NCBI GenBank assembly: GCA_024679065.1 | Contig: JAGIQG010000012.1 | Coordinates: forward strand, 15,996,001-16,060,000 | Source: Sphyrna mokarran | Lineage: Eukaryota | DNA: 64,000 nucleotides | Direction: 5' to 3' | Shown here: positions 53,475 to 64,000 of the stretch, one piece after another | Layout of the letters: the number at the start of each line of letters is the position of its first letter | Numbering within the stretch: the first letter of the stretch is position 1 | Notes under the pieces: generated by a model | What the model was told of the DNA's origin: nothing | The model's database searches: none | What the model saw: the letters and a program-made list of their open reading frames with translations, nothing else | Position numbers and translations under genes: made by a program

Positions 53475-54255
53475 TTACAATACAGGAAGAGGGCATTCAG
53501 CCCATTGCACCCATGCTGACTCTGATCCCAATTCTATTTTTTAACCAATAGCCCTGCAAATGTTTTCTCTAAGTGTTTTCTCTAATTTTCAACTAAGTAC
53601 AGTGAATCAATGGTCCTATTGAGGCCAAATCAGTGTTTTATACAGGTTTAACATAAATTCCTTGTCTTTGTACTCTTGAGCCCCAATTGATAAAGTCCAG
53701 GATGCCACATACTTTATTAATTCTTTTCTCAAATTGTCCTGGCACTTCCATTGATTTGTGCATGTGTACCTGAAAGTCGCCCTGTTCTGGTATGCAGTGT
53801 AGAATTGTACCCTTTATATTGCCTCTCCACCTCCTTCACACTCTTCTGCATTAAATATCATCTGTCATTCGTCTGTTAATTTCACTAGCATGTCTGTATT
53901 CTCTGTAGTTCTACACCATCCTCAGTTCACAATAGTGAGATGTCTCATGTCAAAGACAAGATTGAAGTTGCAGCCTGTACACACACGCATCATTGACATG
54001 CATCAGGAGAAGTGGGGCTTGTAACACCAATCTCTGGGGAACCCCACTACTGAATATGCCATCCACCAGTTTGAAACACATCCATTCACCATTACTGTTT
54101 CTTTTTACTCAGCCCATTTTATGCTGCCATTATTCTTTGATTCCATGAGCACCAACTCCGCTGACAAGCCTGTTCCATTGTACTTCACCAAATATTGTTT
54201 TGAAAATCCATACACAGCACACCAACCACATTACTTTCTCTGTTACCTCCCCAAG
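53475..54255 (-). mobile_element. Old degenerate CR1 fragment
   Basis: 'cattcagcccattgcacccatgctgactct' 3' UTR, then decayed ORF2 reverse sequence ('tctgcattaaatatcatctg', 'tgaaaatccatacacagcac'). Confidence 0.65.
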
Positions 54256-54944
54256 ATCATCTGATTCCATCTCACCTCAACTTGTGTCTCCTGCTGAAAA
54301 CTCAAGAGTGCTGCAGTATAGCACATGTTTGAGGCCATTATTGGGGCAAGCACACTTTCCAAGACTTGTAAATCTAGCAGTCTGTAACTAAAGTAGTTAA
54401 AACACTCCACTCATAACCAATACTGCACTTACTTGAACTTCATTAAATGAATACTTCATAATGATGCACATACAGTAACTTGAATCTGAAGTGAGACAAA
54501 CACAAGCAACATGTAAAGACCGTATAAGCATTATGGAACCCCAAGATGGCTTTTTACTGAATTTTAGGTCCTTTTTAAGCCAGCAGCTGGTCTCAAAACT
54601 TTGTGATCGACAAATTCTTCTGTTATTGATGGGAGACAGTTTCAACCATGATTAGGGGTTCACCATCAGAAATGCTTACACTTCCGTGGGTACAAATGGG
54701 ATTACTGCATAAGTAGCCACTTGCCAGCAAGTGCCAATTTAACGTAGACCAGAGCACGTTTACAAATGTTTCACTCGTAATATTATCTTTAGGGCTACCA
54801 TAGGCAATTTCTAAATTTTTTTGGTGTCTTCTCTGCTTCAAACATAAAAACCAATGAATAAATTGCAATGAACTGTAAGATTGCCTAAGAGGGGTGAACT
54901 TCTTGTGATAAAAATCTCAGTCAGAACTACCCTTTTCTTTTAAT

Positions 54945-55750
54945 GGGGTCAGCTACAGCTCAGTGGTATAGCATATTTGAGTCAGCAGCCATGGGTTTAA
55001 GTACCAATCCAAAGATTGCAGCATATAATCTACATGGTGTATAAGAAAGTCCAGAGTGTAAGACAACCACAATTTTGTGGCCCCAAAAATCACGTAAAGT
55101 TGATCCCTCCTTTTCAACCATGATATACTATACTCATTAGTAAACAGGCTCAATTTTTCACCCACAAATGCATGCTTTCTCTATCAGTACTTAGTAACTT
55201 GGTACAAGTAATCATGGTAATAATGGCTGTATTGCAAAGATGCATGGGAAGTTTGCATCCACACAGAGCAGACCACCTGCCAACAACCCTCTCACCCTGC
55301 CCCCACAAAGAATGACAAATATGGTTACCATCCACACTAGAAATTCACTTTCATACTAGGTGCATCAGTTATACGATTACTAGTGTGATCTTTTGAAGCA
55401 AACGCCAATTTATACATCAAAGTCTATGACAGATTGACACCAGTACATTACTGATGGAGCACTACATTGTTGGAGGTGCCATCTTTCTGATGAGATGTTA
55501 AAACAAGGCCCTCATGCCCCCACAGGTAAAAGATCCTATGACATGACTGAAACACAACAGGGAAGATTTCTCTGGTGAGATGACTAATATTTATCTCTCA
55601 ATTAAGATTACTAAAATCAGATCAATTCACGCATCTCATTGTTTGTAGGTTTTGCACAGTGACGATACTTCAAAATTATGCATTGGTTACAAAGAACTTT
55701 GGGACATCCTCAGGCTGTGAAGCACTATTTGAATGCAAATCCTTTCCTTT
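54945..55750 (+). mobile_element. DeuSINE/SacSINE1-like SINE split by an insert of about 400 bp (roughly 55035-55430)
   Basis: Head 'ggggtcagctacagctcagtggtatagc'; resumes at 'ttgacaccagtacattactgatggagcactacattgttggaggtgccatctttctgatgagatgttaaaac'. Confidence 0.6.
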
Positions 55751-55926
55751 CCTATAAATAGTTTGCATCTAGAAGGTGCCACATGTTCAGATTCAATTGT
55801 CTTGGGTGATGCCCATAAAAAGCAAATACATTTGCAACAGATTTTTATTTTCAGATTTGTGGAAAGAGGGCTGCAGAGTGCAAAACTGTCACAGCTGATA
55901 CATATTGAGCAACTGAATAAACTTAC

Positions 55927-56081
55927 CGCTAGGATATGGCGTTTCACAGAGGGTGAGGAAATCAACAATCGGGTAGTCCATCTCAAGTACTGCAGTGCTC
56001 TTCCCATGCATCACTGTTAAGCATGGTCTTCTGCCTACAGTATCATAGGACAGACCTCCTGAGAATATGATGAAAGGATCT
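55927..56081 (-). CDS. STXBP5: STXBP5 exon, 155 nt: DPFIIFSGGLSYDTVGRRPCLTVMHGKSTAVLEMDYPIVDFLTLCETPYPS
   Basis: Boundaries ttttgcttccag|A...AGCG|gtaagt; translation matches the tomosyn WD40 region; phase 2 to 1. Confidence 0.95.
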
Positions 56082-56294
56082 CTGGAAGCAAAAATTATAA
56101 ATATTACTTTGAAAAAATGTACACTTTTAAGATTTGGTTTTCTATGCTAAAGTGGCACAAAACTGCAAAATCCCAAACTAATATTTCACTGCAATTATCC
56201 ACTCAGAGCTATTGGAATGCTCATCTTTCAAAATAATGTGCATGTTATATATAAATCTGATGCAATAGCCTAAAGACTAGAATCTCCAATAGTA

Positions 56295-56600
56295 AGGTGC
56301 AATGCTACCTTACAACGTCAGGGACCTAGGTTCAATTCTGGCCATGGATGACTATGTGGACTTTGCATATTCTCCTCCTGTATCTGCTCTGGTTTCCTCC
56401 CACAATCCAAAGATGTGCAGGTGAGGTAGATTGGCCATGCTAAATTTCCATTAGGTACCCCAAAATGTGTAGGTTTAAGAGGATGAGTGAGGTAAATGTG
56501 TTAGGTTACGGGGATGGGAGCAGACGTGGGCTGAGTAAGAAGGCTTCGTCAGAGTCAGTACAGACCCAATGGTCCCCTTCTGCACTGTAGGGATTCTGTG
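56295..56600 (+). mobile_element. HE1-like V-SINE
   Basis: 'cagggacctaggttcaattctggcc...ggtttcctcccacaatccaaagatgtgcaggtgaggtagattggccatgctaaat...ccttctgcactgtagggattct'. Confidence 0.85.
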
Positions 56601-57519
56601 AACAATCCTATTAGCTTCTTATACTATCAATTTTGTGAATAAATTGTTCACTTAAGTAAAAAGTCCTTCCGTAAAACTGATCAATCGCTTCACAAAATTA
56701 TAGTCTGAAATGCTACACAAGTGCTTTCCATTAGGGAATGGATATTTAATATTTTAGAAAAGGGAATTTTGGAATGTTATTAATCTGTATACAGAATGTA
56801 ATTTTGTTTCTATAGATAGATTAAAAACTTAAATACCCATATTTGTAGGGAGATTTGCAATGTATACAATATTTCAATTAACGTATGGACGCAACATGCT
56901 ATGAGCTGATGTTAGTCTTATAATTGTAGCTGATACCTTTGGATGCTTAAATTGGTGGACAAAGGCCAAACAAACTGAAAATAAACTTACCCAGAGCATT
57001 AGCTCAGTACTGTGCACAATTCTGATGACAGTACAAGGGAATTCTGGCACTGCAGGGTGCACAGGGAAAGATAATTGAACAGACTGGGACCTTGGCAGTC
57101 TCCAGAAATGGAGAATATTTGCAATGGGAAAAGACAGCTGAGACACATCGTACTGATATTTTCAATATTTTAGAGATGTATTAAATATGTTTGACATTCC
57201 AAATTGTACAGATTTACACTGAGAACAGGAATAGCTAATACCCTGTTCAAAATGCATTACTTTATACAGGAAATGAGAAACGCAAGGGAAAAGTGTCCAG
57301 AGAAAGGAGGAGTGCTTAAATTTGAGAGAACTAAATATGAAAAGGAGACAGAAAAGCAAGAGGAGAAGAGAAAGAAAGAAAGGAGGAAGGAAGTCAGGGA
57401 AAAGACCTGCAGAATTACCCACATACTTTTCCAATTCAGGGGCCAAAGATCATCTCTGGCCCTGTTTATCACTATCCTGCATCACAAAAGGGATCCCTTC
57501 TCTGATCAGTACATCATTG

Positions 57520-57797
57520 GATCACTCAAGCTCATACTAGGGCACAGAAGAGACTTTTTTCCCTTAGGTCGCTGAATCACTTTGGAACACAGCATCAGCA
57601 GGAGGTGGATGTGAGATCACTGAACATTACTGAGCAGAGTTAGATTTTTGCTCGGAAAGGCAATCAAAAGTTAATCATGATGGTTGGTAATGGGGAATCA
57701 GAAACAAACAGATCAGCCACAATGATCAATCAACTAAATGGCAGAGCAGACTCGAGGGGCTGAACGGTCTATTTCTGCTTCTATTTTGCATGTTCGC
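57520..57797 (+). mobile_element. CR1 3'-end fragment
   Basis: 'aaatggcagagcagactcgaggggctgaacggtctatttctgcttctatttt'. Confidence 0.6.
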
Positions 57798-59504
57798 ACC
57801 CACATTTGTTTACTGAACTGCAAATTATATGAGCTCCGTGGATTTAATCATTCTGAATCTGTTTTTTTCCCTCATTTTTTGTTTCGCCCCCAGTATAAAT
57901 TAGTAATATCTGAACTAACTTTCCATTTCAACAAAACCACTTACACTATTAAATAGCACACAGCGCTAATGCTACAGATTTCAGAGAGCACAGTGCTAAT
58001 GCGGTGAGACCAAGAGTTAGAGGAAAGTTTATACCTAACCACCTCTACCAGGATGGGATTTTGGCTTCTTCTCAGGGATCCCACAATCCTGTCCAGTGTG
58101 TCCCTGTTAACAGTGCAACTCAGACATGATTTAACCAACTGTAACCATACATTCAAAAAAAAAGACAATTGATATTATAAATTCCCACTAGTAATTCAGT
58201 CAAGTACGAGGTTCCCATCACCAATATCCTTCACTGTAAAATGCACAAAGTCAGGTAGTCCACCTCAGGATCTACAATCACGGTCAGGGTAAAACTTAAA
58301 AACCCCTGCTGACTGCTTCTCATTGGGCAAGCCTCTGCTCAGTCAGTAAGGCAACTCATATGCCATGAGGCACATGGGAATATCTATAGTAGATACCCTG
58401 TGGATTTTATGGCCTCACATCCATCTTTCTTCCATGTTTCATTTATTGTTTTCCCCACATATTTGTTTCATGTAATGTTTCAAAACAGAACATACAAGTT
58501 ATTGCCGCGCAAGGGAAAGTGACAGATGACATGCAGAACCAGAAAGGCAGCATCGAAGGCAAGACAGAAACAGCTAACAGGAAACAATAGGCAGCAATTA
58601 GAAAAAGATCAAGAAACAAAAGCAAGAAGGTATGATGTTATAGAGTGGCAGAATGCAAGAACAACCAGTGTTGCAAGTAAAGGATTGAAATTCCTTAAGG
58701 ATGTTTTCATTTGCGACGTTCATTATTATGTCAGACCAAGAAAAAAGAAAATTGGCAGGAGGTCAGAGGTACATGAATATTGTGATGCAAGTGAAAAATT
58801 GGGCTACCTTCAGTGTTGCACAAATGGTAAAGTATAATTGTTACTCAAGTGATCCACGAATATTCTTCTTATTGGAGCAGTATTGAGAATGTAGAGAATG
58901 ATTAGCAGAAATCGCACAGCAAATCCAATCAAAATATAGAGAACCAAATAAAACAAACGAAATAAATTCATTGAGAAAAAACATCTGTGTCAAATAACGT
59001 TTGAGTAAAGTAACTGTGAATTTAGGTGTGTTTCACACTCGTGATTAAAATTATTAATTTATGAGAATTGAATATAATTAAATGAATTGTTGAAAAGTTT
59101 CCAATATATTACTCAATTGATGCATTTTTGTGGTCTGTCTTTCAGCTTTAGTATTTATTTCATTCAGCTGATATTCCAGTAGGGCAGACATAGCAGTTTA
59201 TTAGTTCATAAAAACTTTTTATTTTCTAAATCTTATTTTTGAACTTTCACTCCTTAAGTTCACAGACACGAGAGGTAGCCCAGCTTGTTACTAGTACTGG
59301 ATGTGATAATGTGTATGGTCAATGCACAGATGGCCACCTGCATATATGTAGTTTAGGAAGAGGAACAGGATGGTATGGTTTACTATTTCTCGTCCTCATG
59401 AGGAAGGAACTCTTGCTGAAAAGCATTAACTTTGTCCCCCCTGTCACAGATCAGTGCAGGTACATTCTTGCATTGAGAAAATTTTTATAAGTTAAAAAGG
59501 TTCT

Positions 59505-59770
59505 CTATTAGTCACATGTAAGCTTACATTATTACTGCACTGAAATTACTGTGAAAACCCACTAGTCGCCACACTCGGGTGCCTGTTCGGATACACTGAG
59601 GGAGAATTAGCATGGCCAATGCACCTAACCAGCACGGCTTTCAGTGTGTGGGAGGAAACCTACACAGACACGGGGGGGGGGGGGCATGCAGATCCCACAG
59701 AGATAGTGAGCCAAACTGGGATCCCTAGAACTGTAAGGCAGCAGTGCTAACCATTGTGCCACGATGCCAC
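59505..59770 (-). mobile_element. V-SINE of the same subfamily as 15670-15978
   Basis: Reverse complement of the 15670 copy: 'tattagtcacatgtaagcttacattattactgcactgaaattactgtgaaaaccc.ctagtcgccacactc...gcagtgctaaccattgtgccacgatgcc'. Confidence 0.85.
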
Positions 59771-60184
59771 TCTGCAACGCAAAAATCGCAGAAAGTTGGA
59801 GGGAACATCATCTTGCCAATTGTGCATTCTGAGATAGCCAATAACACAGCAGCATAATCAGAGAGAGACCGACAACAAACCAACTGAGAAAATATTTTGA
59901 GAGGTGACAAATGGCTCAGTTAAAGAGATAGATTTTAAGTGGTATCTTAAAAGAAAGAAGAGAGCGCGCAGAGAAATTGAGGGAACCTTTCAAGTTTTTC
60001 CACCATATCTCATCTCAGCCGATCAGTATATCTTGCAATTGTTTTCTTCACGTACTTACCTAGTTTCCCCTTACAAATGTGCTATTTGTTTCAACTACTC
60101 AGTGATAGTGAATTACACATTCTGACCATTCTGGATTTTTTCCAGATGAACTTTTTCCTAAATTCTCTCTTATGAATGACTATC

Positions 60185-60760
60185 ATAATCATAGCCCATA
60201 GTTTTGGGCTCTCCATTAATGGCTGCTGTTTGCCTGGCACAAAGGTTGCTTCTTTGGGTCCCTTCTCATTTTCCATTTATATCTGCCTCATTGTTCACAT
60301 CATCTATAAGTGCGGGGTTTTAACTTTCCACTTGTTTGCTAAGGATACTGAGCTTCACCTCTCCAGCATCACTCCATTGAGAACTAGTTGTGTCGTGATA
60401 GGCTGCTTACGATGTTGTAACTACACAGAATGACTTGAAGCTTGGTATTTGTCTAAGCCATTTTGTTTTGGCACCTGTCGAAAAGTAGCCTGACTGCGTC
60501 TTTTTTCTGAAATGCCTAAGTTCAAGTGAATGGTGCACAAACCGCGTTCAATGTTTAGAACCAAACATGGAGCTAAATACAACAAAGTTGCCTATCACCC
60601 AATCAAAACATCACCCATCTGTGCCCGAACTTACCCACAATCCCTCTCCGTCCACTACCATTGAAATCTTCATTCATATTTGTCACTTCTGGACAAAACT
60701 CTGAATACTCTTTGCTGGCGTCACACCACTTACTACCTCCAACTCATTCAGATATTTGTT
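60185..60760 (+). mobile_element. Degenerate L2-type LINE RT fragment
   Basis: Decayed 'G.PQG..LGP..F.IY' and 'FHLFAKDTELH' (YADDTQLY-like) in ORF 60176..60433. Confidence 0.55.
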
Positions 60761-60778
60761 ACCACTATCAAGTATCCA

Positions 60779-60907
60779 TGATGTGGAGATGCCAGCATTG
60801 GACTGAGGTGGGTACAGTAAGAAGTCTCACAACCCCATATTAAAGTCCAACAGGTTTATTTGGAATCACGAGCTTTCGGAGCACTGCTCTTTCATTAGGT
60901 GAGTCTC
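60779..60907 (-). mobile_element. Penelope-like terminal repeat with minimal hammerhead ribozyme motif (G5A mutant)
   Basis: Minus strand reads TCAC-CTAATGA-AAGAGCAGTGCTCC-GAAAGCTC-GTGA, followed by ttccaaataaacctgttggacttt. Confidence 0.75.
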
Positions 60908-61174
60908 CCTCAAATTCATTTCCAGGTTGCAGCATCTGCTGTAGAGCTGGTATACAAGGTGGTTGAGGAGTAAGAGAGAGGTGTGATGACCGAGCCTCGC
61001 AACATAGTCTGTGTTGTAGGTTGACTTGAGTGGGTTTGTGATCTGTAGTCCTTTTGGGATCTTGTCTGCTTTCTAGCGGACCTTGTCGAAACTTGCTGTC
61101 TGTGTTGATGTGCATTATCTTCTTGGTGTTCCTCTCCACTTTGAACCATCAGTTTGTGATGTTGATGGTAGCCA

Positions 61175-61347
61175 TGATGTGAAGATGTCAATGTTGGACT
61201 GGGGTAGGCATAGTAAGAAGTCTCACAACACCAGGTTAAAATCCAACAAGTCCAACAGTCCTTGATGAAGGAACAGTGCTCTGAAAGCTCATGATTCCAA
61301 ATAAACCTGTTGGACTTTAACCCGGTTTTTGAGAGAGACTTGTTACT
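61175..61347. mobile_element. Two oppositely oriented Penelope-like terminal-repeat pieces; the second carries a degenerate hammerhead motif
   Basis: 61175-61257 has the same orientation as the 60779 copy; 61258-61347 is reversed: 'cttgatgaaggaacagtgctctgaaagctcatgattccaaataaacctgttggactttaacc'. Confidence 0.75.
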
Positions 61348-61487
61348 ATTGAGTACATTATTATTTTATACACTTTCCACAATTCACCAGGGGAAGGAGG
61401 AGACATGGTTACTGCGGCAGGCAGTGGAGGATCCATCCATCTAATTTTCCTTTGTAAAAGGACTGTCATTTCTAAGAACTCCTTTAA

Positions 61488-62924
61488 TTGCCAATGCTCT
61501 TCCTTAATATTTTCTGGCTTTCTCAATCAAACTATGCTCTTCCATAGGTCCACAAATCCTTTAAATTAATTCTAGAGATTTTTACTTCATAGGTTTTGGA
61601 CATCTGCTACTCATGAAAAGGATATTACAGCATTCTGATATGCAGAAATTGACCCCTTGACAATTAATCTTAACAGAGCACATTATGCGTAAAGTGGACA
61701 GAACACCTCAAACTGCAAAGACAGGATATCATTTTTCATACAATTATTTATGAGAGATCAAAACAATCACTATGAGTTATGCTGGGCATCTTCTTCCTTC
61801 TCTCCATAGGTGAATGGTTGTTGTTGAAAGATAATACTTTTATTTTGGCTAGGTTTTAATTTTTAAACTTAAAATCCCTACATCACAAGACTCACTGCTC
61901 GACTTAAAACACCAGCAGCATCTGGGCATATATAAGGCATCACCTGCAAATGATAATTGTATTACAATTCTGAGAATCATATCAACAGTATTGAAGTGTT
62001 CAAAGTTGAATTGAATTGCACATTGTTTATTTTGGTTGAGCAAATGGACACAATATTCTGCAGGTGAATTATGCAAGGACAAGAGCAGAGGAGTTGTTAC
62101 TAAGAAGATTATGGTGGGGTTAATATTTTCTAGAGTTTTGATGAGGTGTGGTCTGTATACAAGGGTGGCCAAAAGGATCGCCTAAATAAACAGGTGAGCA
62201 TTGTACCATCCTGAGTAATATTCAGTTCCCTCTTAGTGCTGGATTGTGAAGATGGAATGTGCTTTTTTTGTGGTGCTTGCTTGTAGATTCCATGACTTGC
62301 AGTAGTGAGCCAGCTTTGTAATATCATTACTTTAAACATCTTCCAGTTCCAGGAAAGTCTCTGAGCTTGTATGCCAACAGCAAATTTGTCTGCATTGATA
62401 AACTTCCAGGACTGGATTGGGGAAAGAGTCTATGGTGCAAAATTAAAACAGGGTTGGACCAAGACAGGCCCCAGGGGAAACCCAACTGTGTGTTTCTTTC
62501 AGACGCTGGTCTTGCTACCAATGTACATAATGAATCATTTGTCCTAATGTAGCAGATCAATGGTGTCCGTAACCTAGCGGGTGAGAACTCTTGATATTTT
62601 GGTAAATATGCAGTGAGGTCAAAGAAAACAGCTTCATTTTGAGATTGTATTGTTTTGATTTCTTATAAATGATTGTATGAAAAATGACATCCCGTCTTTA
62701 CAGTTTGAGGTGTTCTGTCCACTTTCCTCACGATGTGCTCTGTTCATATAAGCTATCAAGGGTCAAATTCTGCAAACCAGAATGCTGCAATATTCTTTTC
62801 ATGAGTAATAGACATCCAAAACCCCCATTAAGTAAAAAATCTGAAATTAATTTAAAGGATCTGTACACCAATGGAAGAGCACAGTTTGATTGAGACAGAA
62901 AATATTAAGGAAGAGCACTGGTAA
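61488..62924. repeat. Long imperfect inverted repeat: arms about 61488-61767 and 62649-62924, spacer about 880 bp
   Basis: For example aaagtggacagaacacctcaaactg pairs with cagtttgaggtgttctgtccacttt, and gctcttccttaatattttct pairs with agaaaatattaaggaagagc; collinear over about 280 bp. Confidence 0.88.
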
Positions 62925-63069
62925 CCTGCAGTGAAGTCAAAGAAAACGGATCCATTTTGAGATTCTGTTGAAAGCAAGCACTGAAATCCAGAAGGAAAAA
63001 AAATCGTTTCCTCTGTGAGCTAACACTACATTGATGAAACTGCATGTTGTGGGTAGCTGACTTATTTTT

Positions 63070-63660
63070 ATAAATGAAATGACAGTATTGCTGGCAAGGC
63101 CAGCGTTTATTGTCCTTCCTTAATTGCCCTTCAAAAGGTGGTAATGAGCCAACTTCTTGAACCACTGTGGTCCATCTGGTTTAGGTAGGGAATTCCAGGA
63201 TTTTGACCCAGTGCCAGTGAAGGAGTGAGACAGAATAGGAGTGGAACATGCAGAATGGTGTGTTTTCATACACTGGCTGGAAGCAGAGGCTGTGAATTTA
63301 GAAGATGCTGTCAAAGAAGCCTTAGCAAGTTGCTGCAGTAATCTTGTCAGATGGTGCACAGTGCTCCCAGTGTGCACTGGTGGTGCAGCGAGTGAATGTT
63401 CAATCAAGTGGATTGCGTCAGGCTTCAATCTTTTGGAGTTGTGCTCTTCCAAACAAGTGGAAGAGTAATCCATTACACTTCTGACTTTTCTTGATGGTGG
63501 AATACAAAGTTGTAGATGGGGGAAGAGGCTTTGTAGAGTCAGGAGGTGAATTGCTTATTGGAAAATTCACAGCCTGCTAACCTGCTCTCGTAACCACATT
63601 ATTTATATGGCTATTCCTGTTGAGCTTTCGGCCACTGCTAACCTCCAGATCGTTGATAAT
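63070..63660 (-). mobile_element. CR1-class LINE 3' fragment (family of 28390-28900)
   Basis: 'ttgctggcaaggccagcgtttattgtccttccttaattgcccttc'; ORF 63120..63473 'GSKSWNSLP...FKKLAHYHLLKGN'. Confidence 0.75.
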
Positions 63661-63954
63661 TCTAGTTCAAGCCAATGAATATCTGACTCATCCTATCTAG
63701 GGATGTACAATGAATTAAACATCTTAACTTCTCCATTTGACCTGGTTTTACATCAGGCTGATAATTGTTTTATACCTGTAACCTATGGCGTAGTAAAGGG
63801 ATGCCAAGGAGAAATAAGGGGAAAGTACATTTAATGTTCATTAATCTACCTTTTTGCAGACATATTTGTCAAGTATTTCATATTAAATAAGAATTTCTCA
63901 CAAATTTTGACACTGAGCATTTTAAAGGTCATGAAGGAGCTGTGTCTGAGTACA

Positions 63955-64000
63955 TGATGAGGAGATGCCGGCGTTAGACTGGGGTAAACACAGTAAGAAG
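63955..64000 (-). mobile_element. End of another Penelope-like terminal repeat, continuing past the window
   Basis: 'atgatgaggagatgccggcgttagactggggtaaacacagtaagaag' matches 60779-60825. Confidence 0.7.

Larger units (their letters stand above)
1..64000 (-). other. STXBP5: STXBP5 (tomosyn-1, syntaxin-binding protein 5) gene body, partial; both ends outside the window
   Basis: Fourteen minus-strand exons (13 known-type plus one extra) with AG/GT boundaries and matching phases give a continuous tomosyn WD40/hypervariable-region peptide. Segments such as 'EKSRNKEEKPNTDIVDEDPYAIQ', 'GSTSSCNSEDEQKMPNFIER' and 'AKMSRKLSLPTELKPDL' fit STXBP5 rather than STXBP5L. Confidence 0.95.

Noticed and set aside
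37372-56081. Assignment to STXBP5L or LLGL instead of STXBP5
   Set aside because: The diagnostic hypervariable exons (GSTSSCNSEDEQK, VKHKSRKFSK, AKMSRKLSLP) match STXBP5 as I recall it, not the paralogs.
57162-57575. Overlapping ORFs of 71-123 aa
   Set aside because: They arise from a GA-rich low-complexity tract that lacks stop codons.
58035-58103. 69-nt in-frame exon candidate (DTLDRIVGSLRRSQNPILVEVV)
   Set aside because: The pyrimidine tract is poor, the donor (gtataa) is weak, there is no homology, and it would interrupt a WD40 blade.
1-64000. Prokaryotic systems (CRISPR, operons, defence islands) or a novel multi-gene system
   Set aside because: The sequence is intron-dominated vertebrate DNA with no regularly spaced repeats and no long ORFs. 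Apart from the STXBP5 exons, the coding-like segments are retroelement remnants.
56082-64000. The preceding STXBP5 exon (GKQLKDGKKPEPCKPILKVE-like)
   Set aside because: I could not find it on the minus strand; it presumably lies beyond 64000.

Overview
This window is vertebrate genomic DNA, most likely from a shark or other cartilaginous fish, judging by its repeat families: HE1-type V-SINEs, DeuSINE/SacSINE1-like SINEs, HER1/CR1 LINEs and Penelope-like elements. It is not prokaryotic, and I see no CRISPR array, operon or RNA gene. The whole window lies inside one minus-strand gene, STXBP5 (tomosyn-1). I can place 13 exons that match my recollection of the mammalian protein, running from 'DPFIIFSGGLSYD' at 56081 to 'AKMSRKLSLPTELKPDL' at 2970. 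All have AG/GT ends and consistent phases. One additional in-frame 84-nt exon (25086-25169) resembles the alternative exon of the paralog STXBP5L. The gene's 5' and 3' ends lie outside the window, and nearly all other ORFs in the track are intronic noise or LINE remnants. The most notable observations are: the extra 84-nt exon; a stop-free 99-nt intron encoding a hydrophobic segment; two long intronic inverted repeats; degenerate hammerhead ribozymes in Penelope-like repeats; an inverted SINE pair bracketing a 444-nt frame-preserving exon block; and candidate poison exons. I found no convincing new biological system. Homology calls come from recalled sequences, not database searches, and repeat boundaries are approximate.
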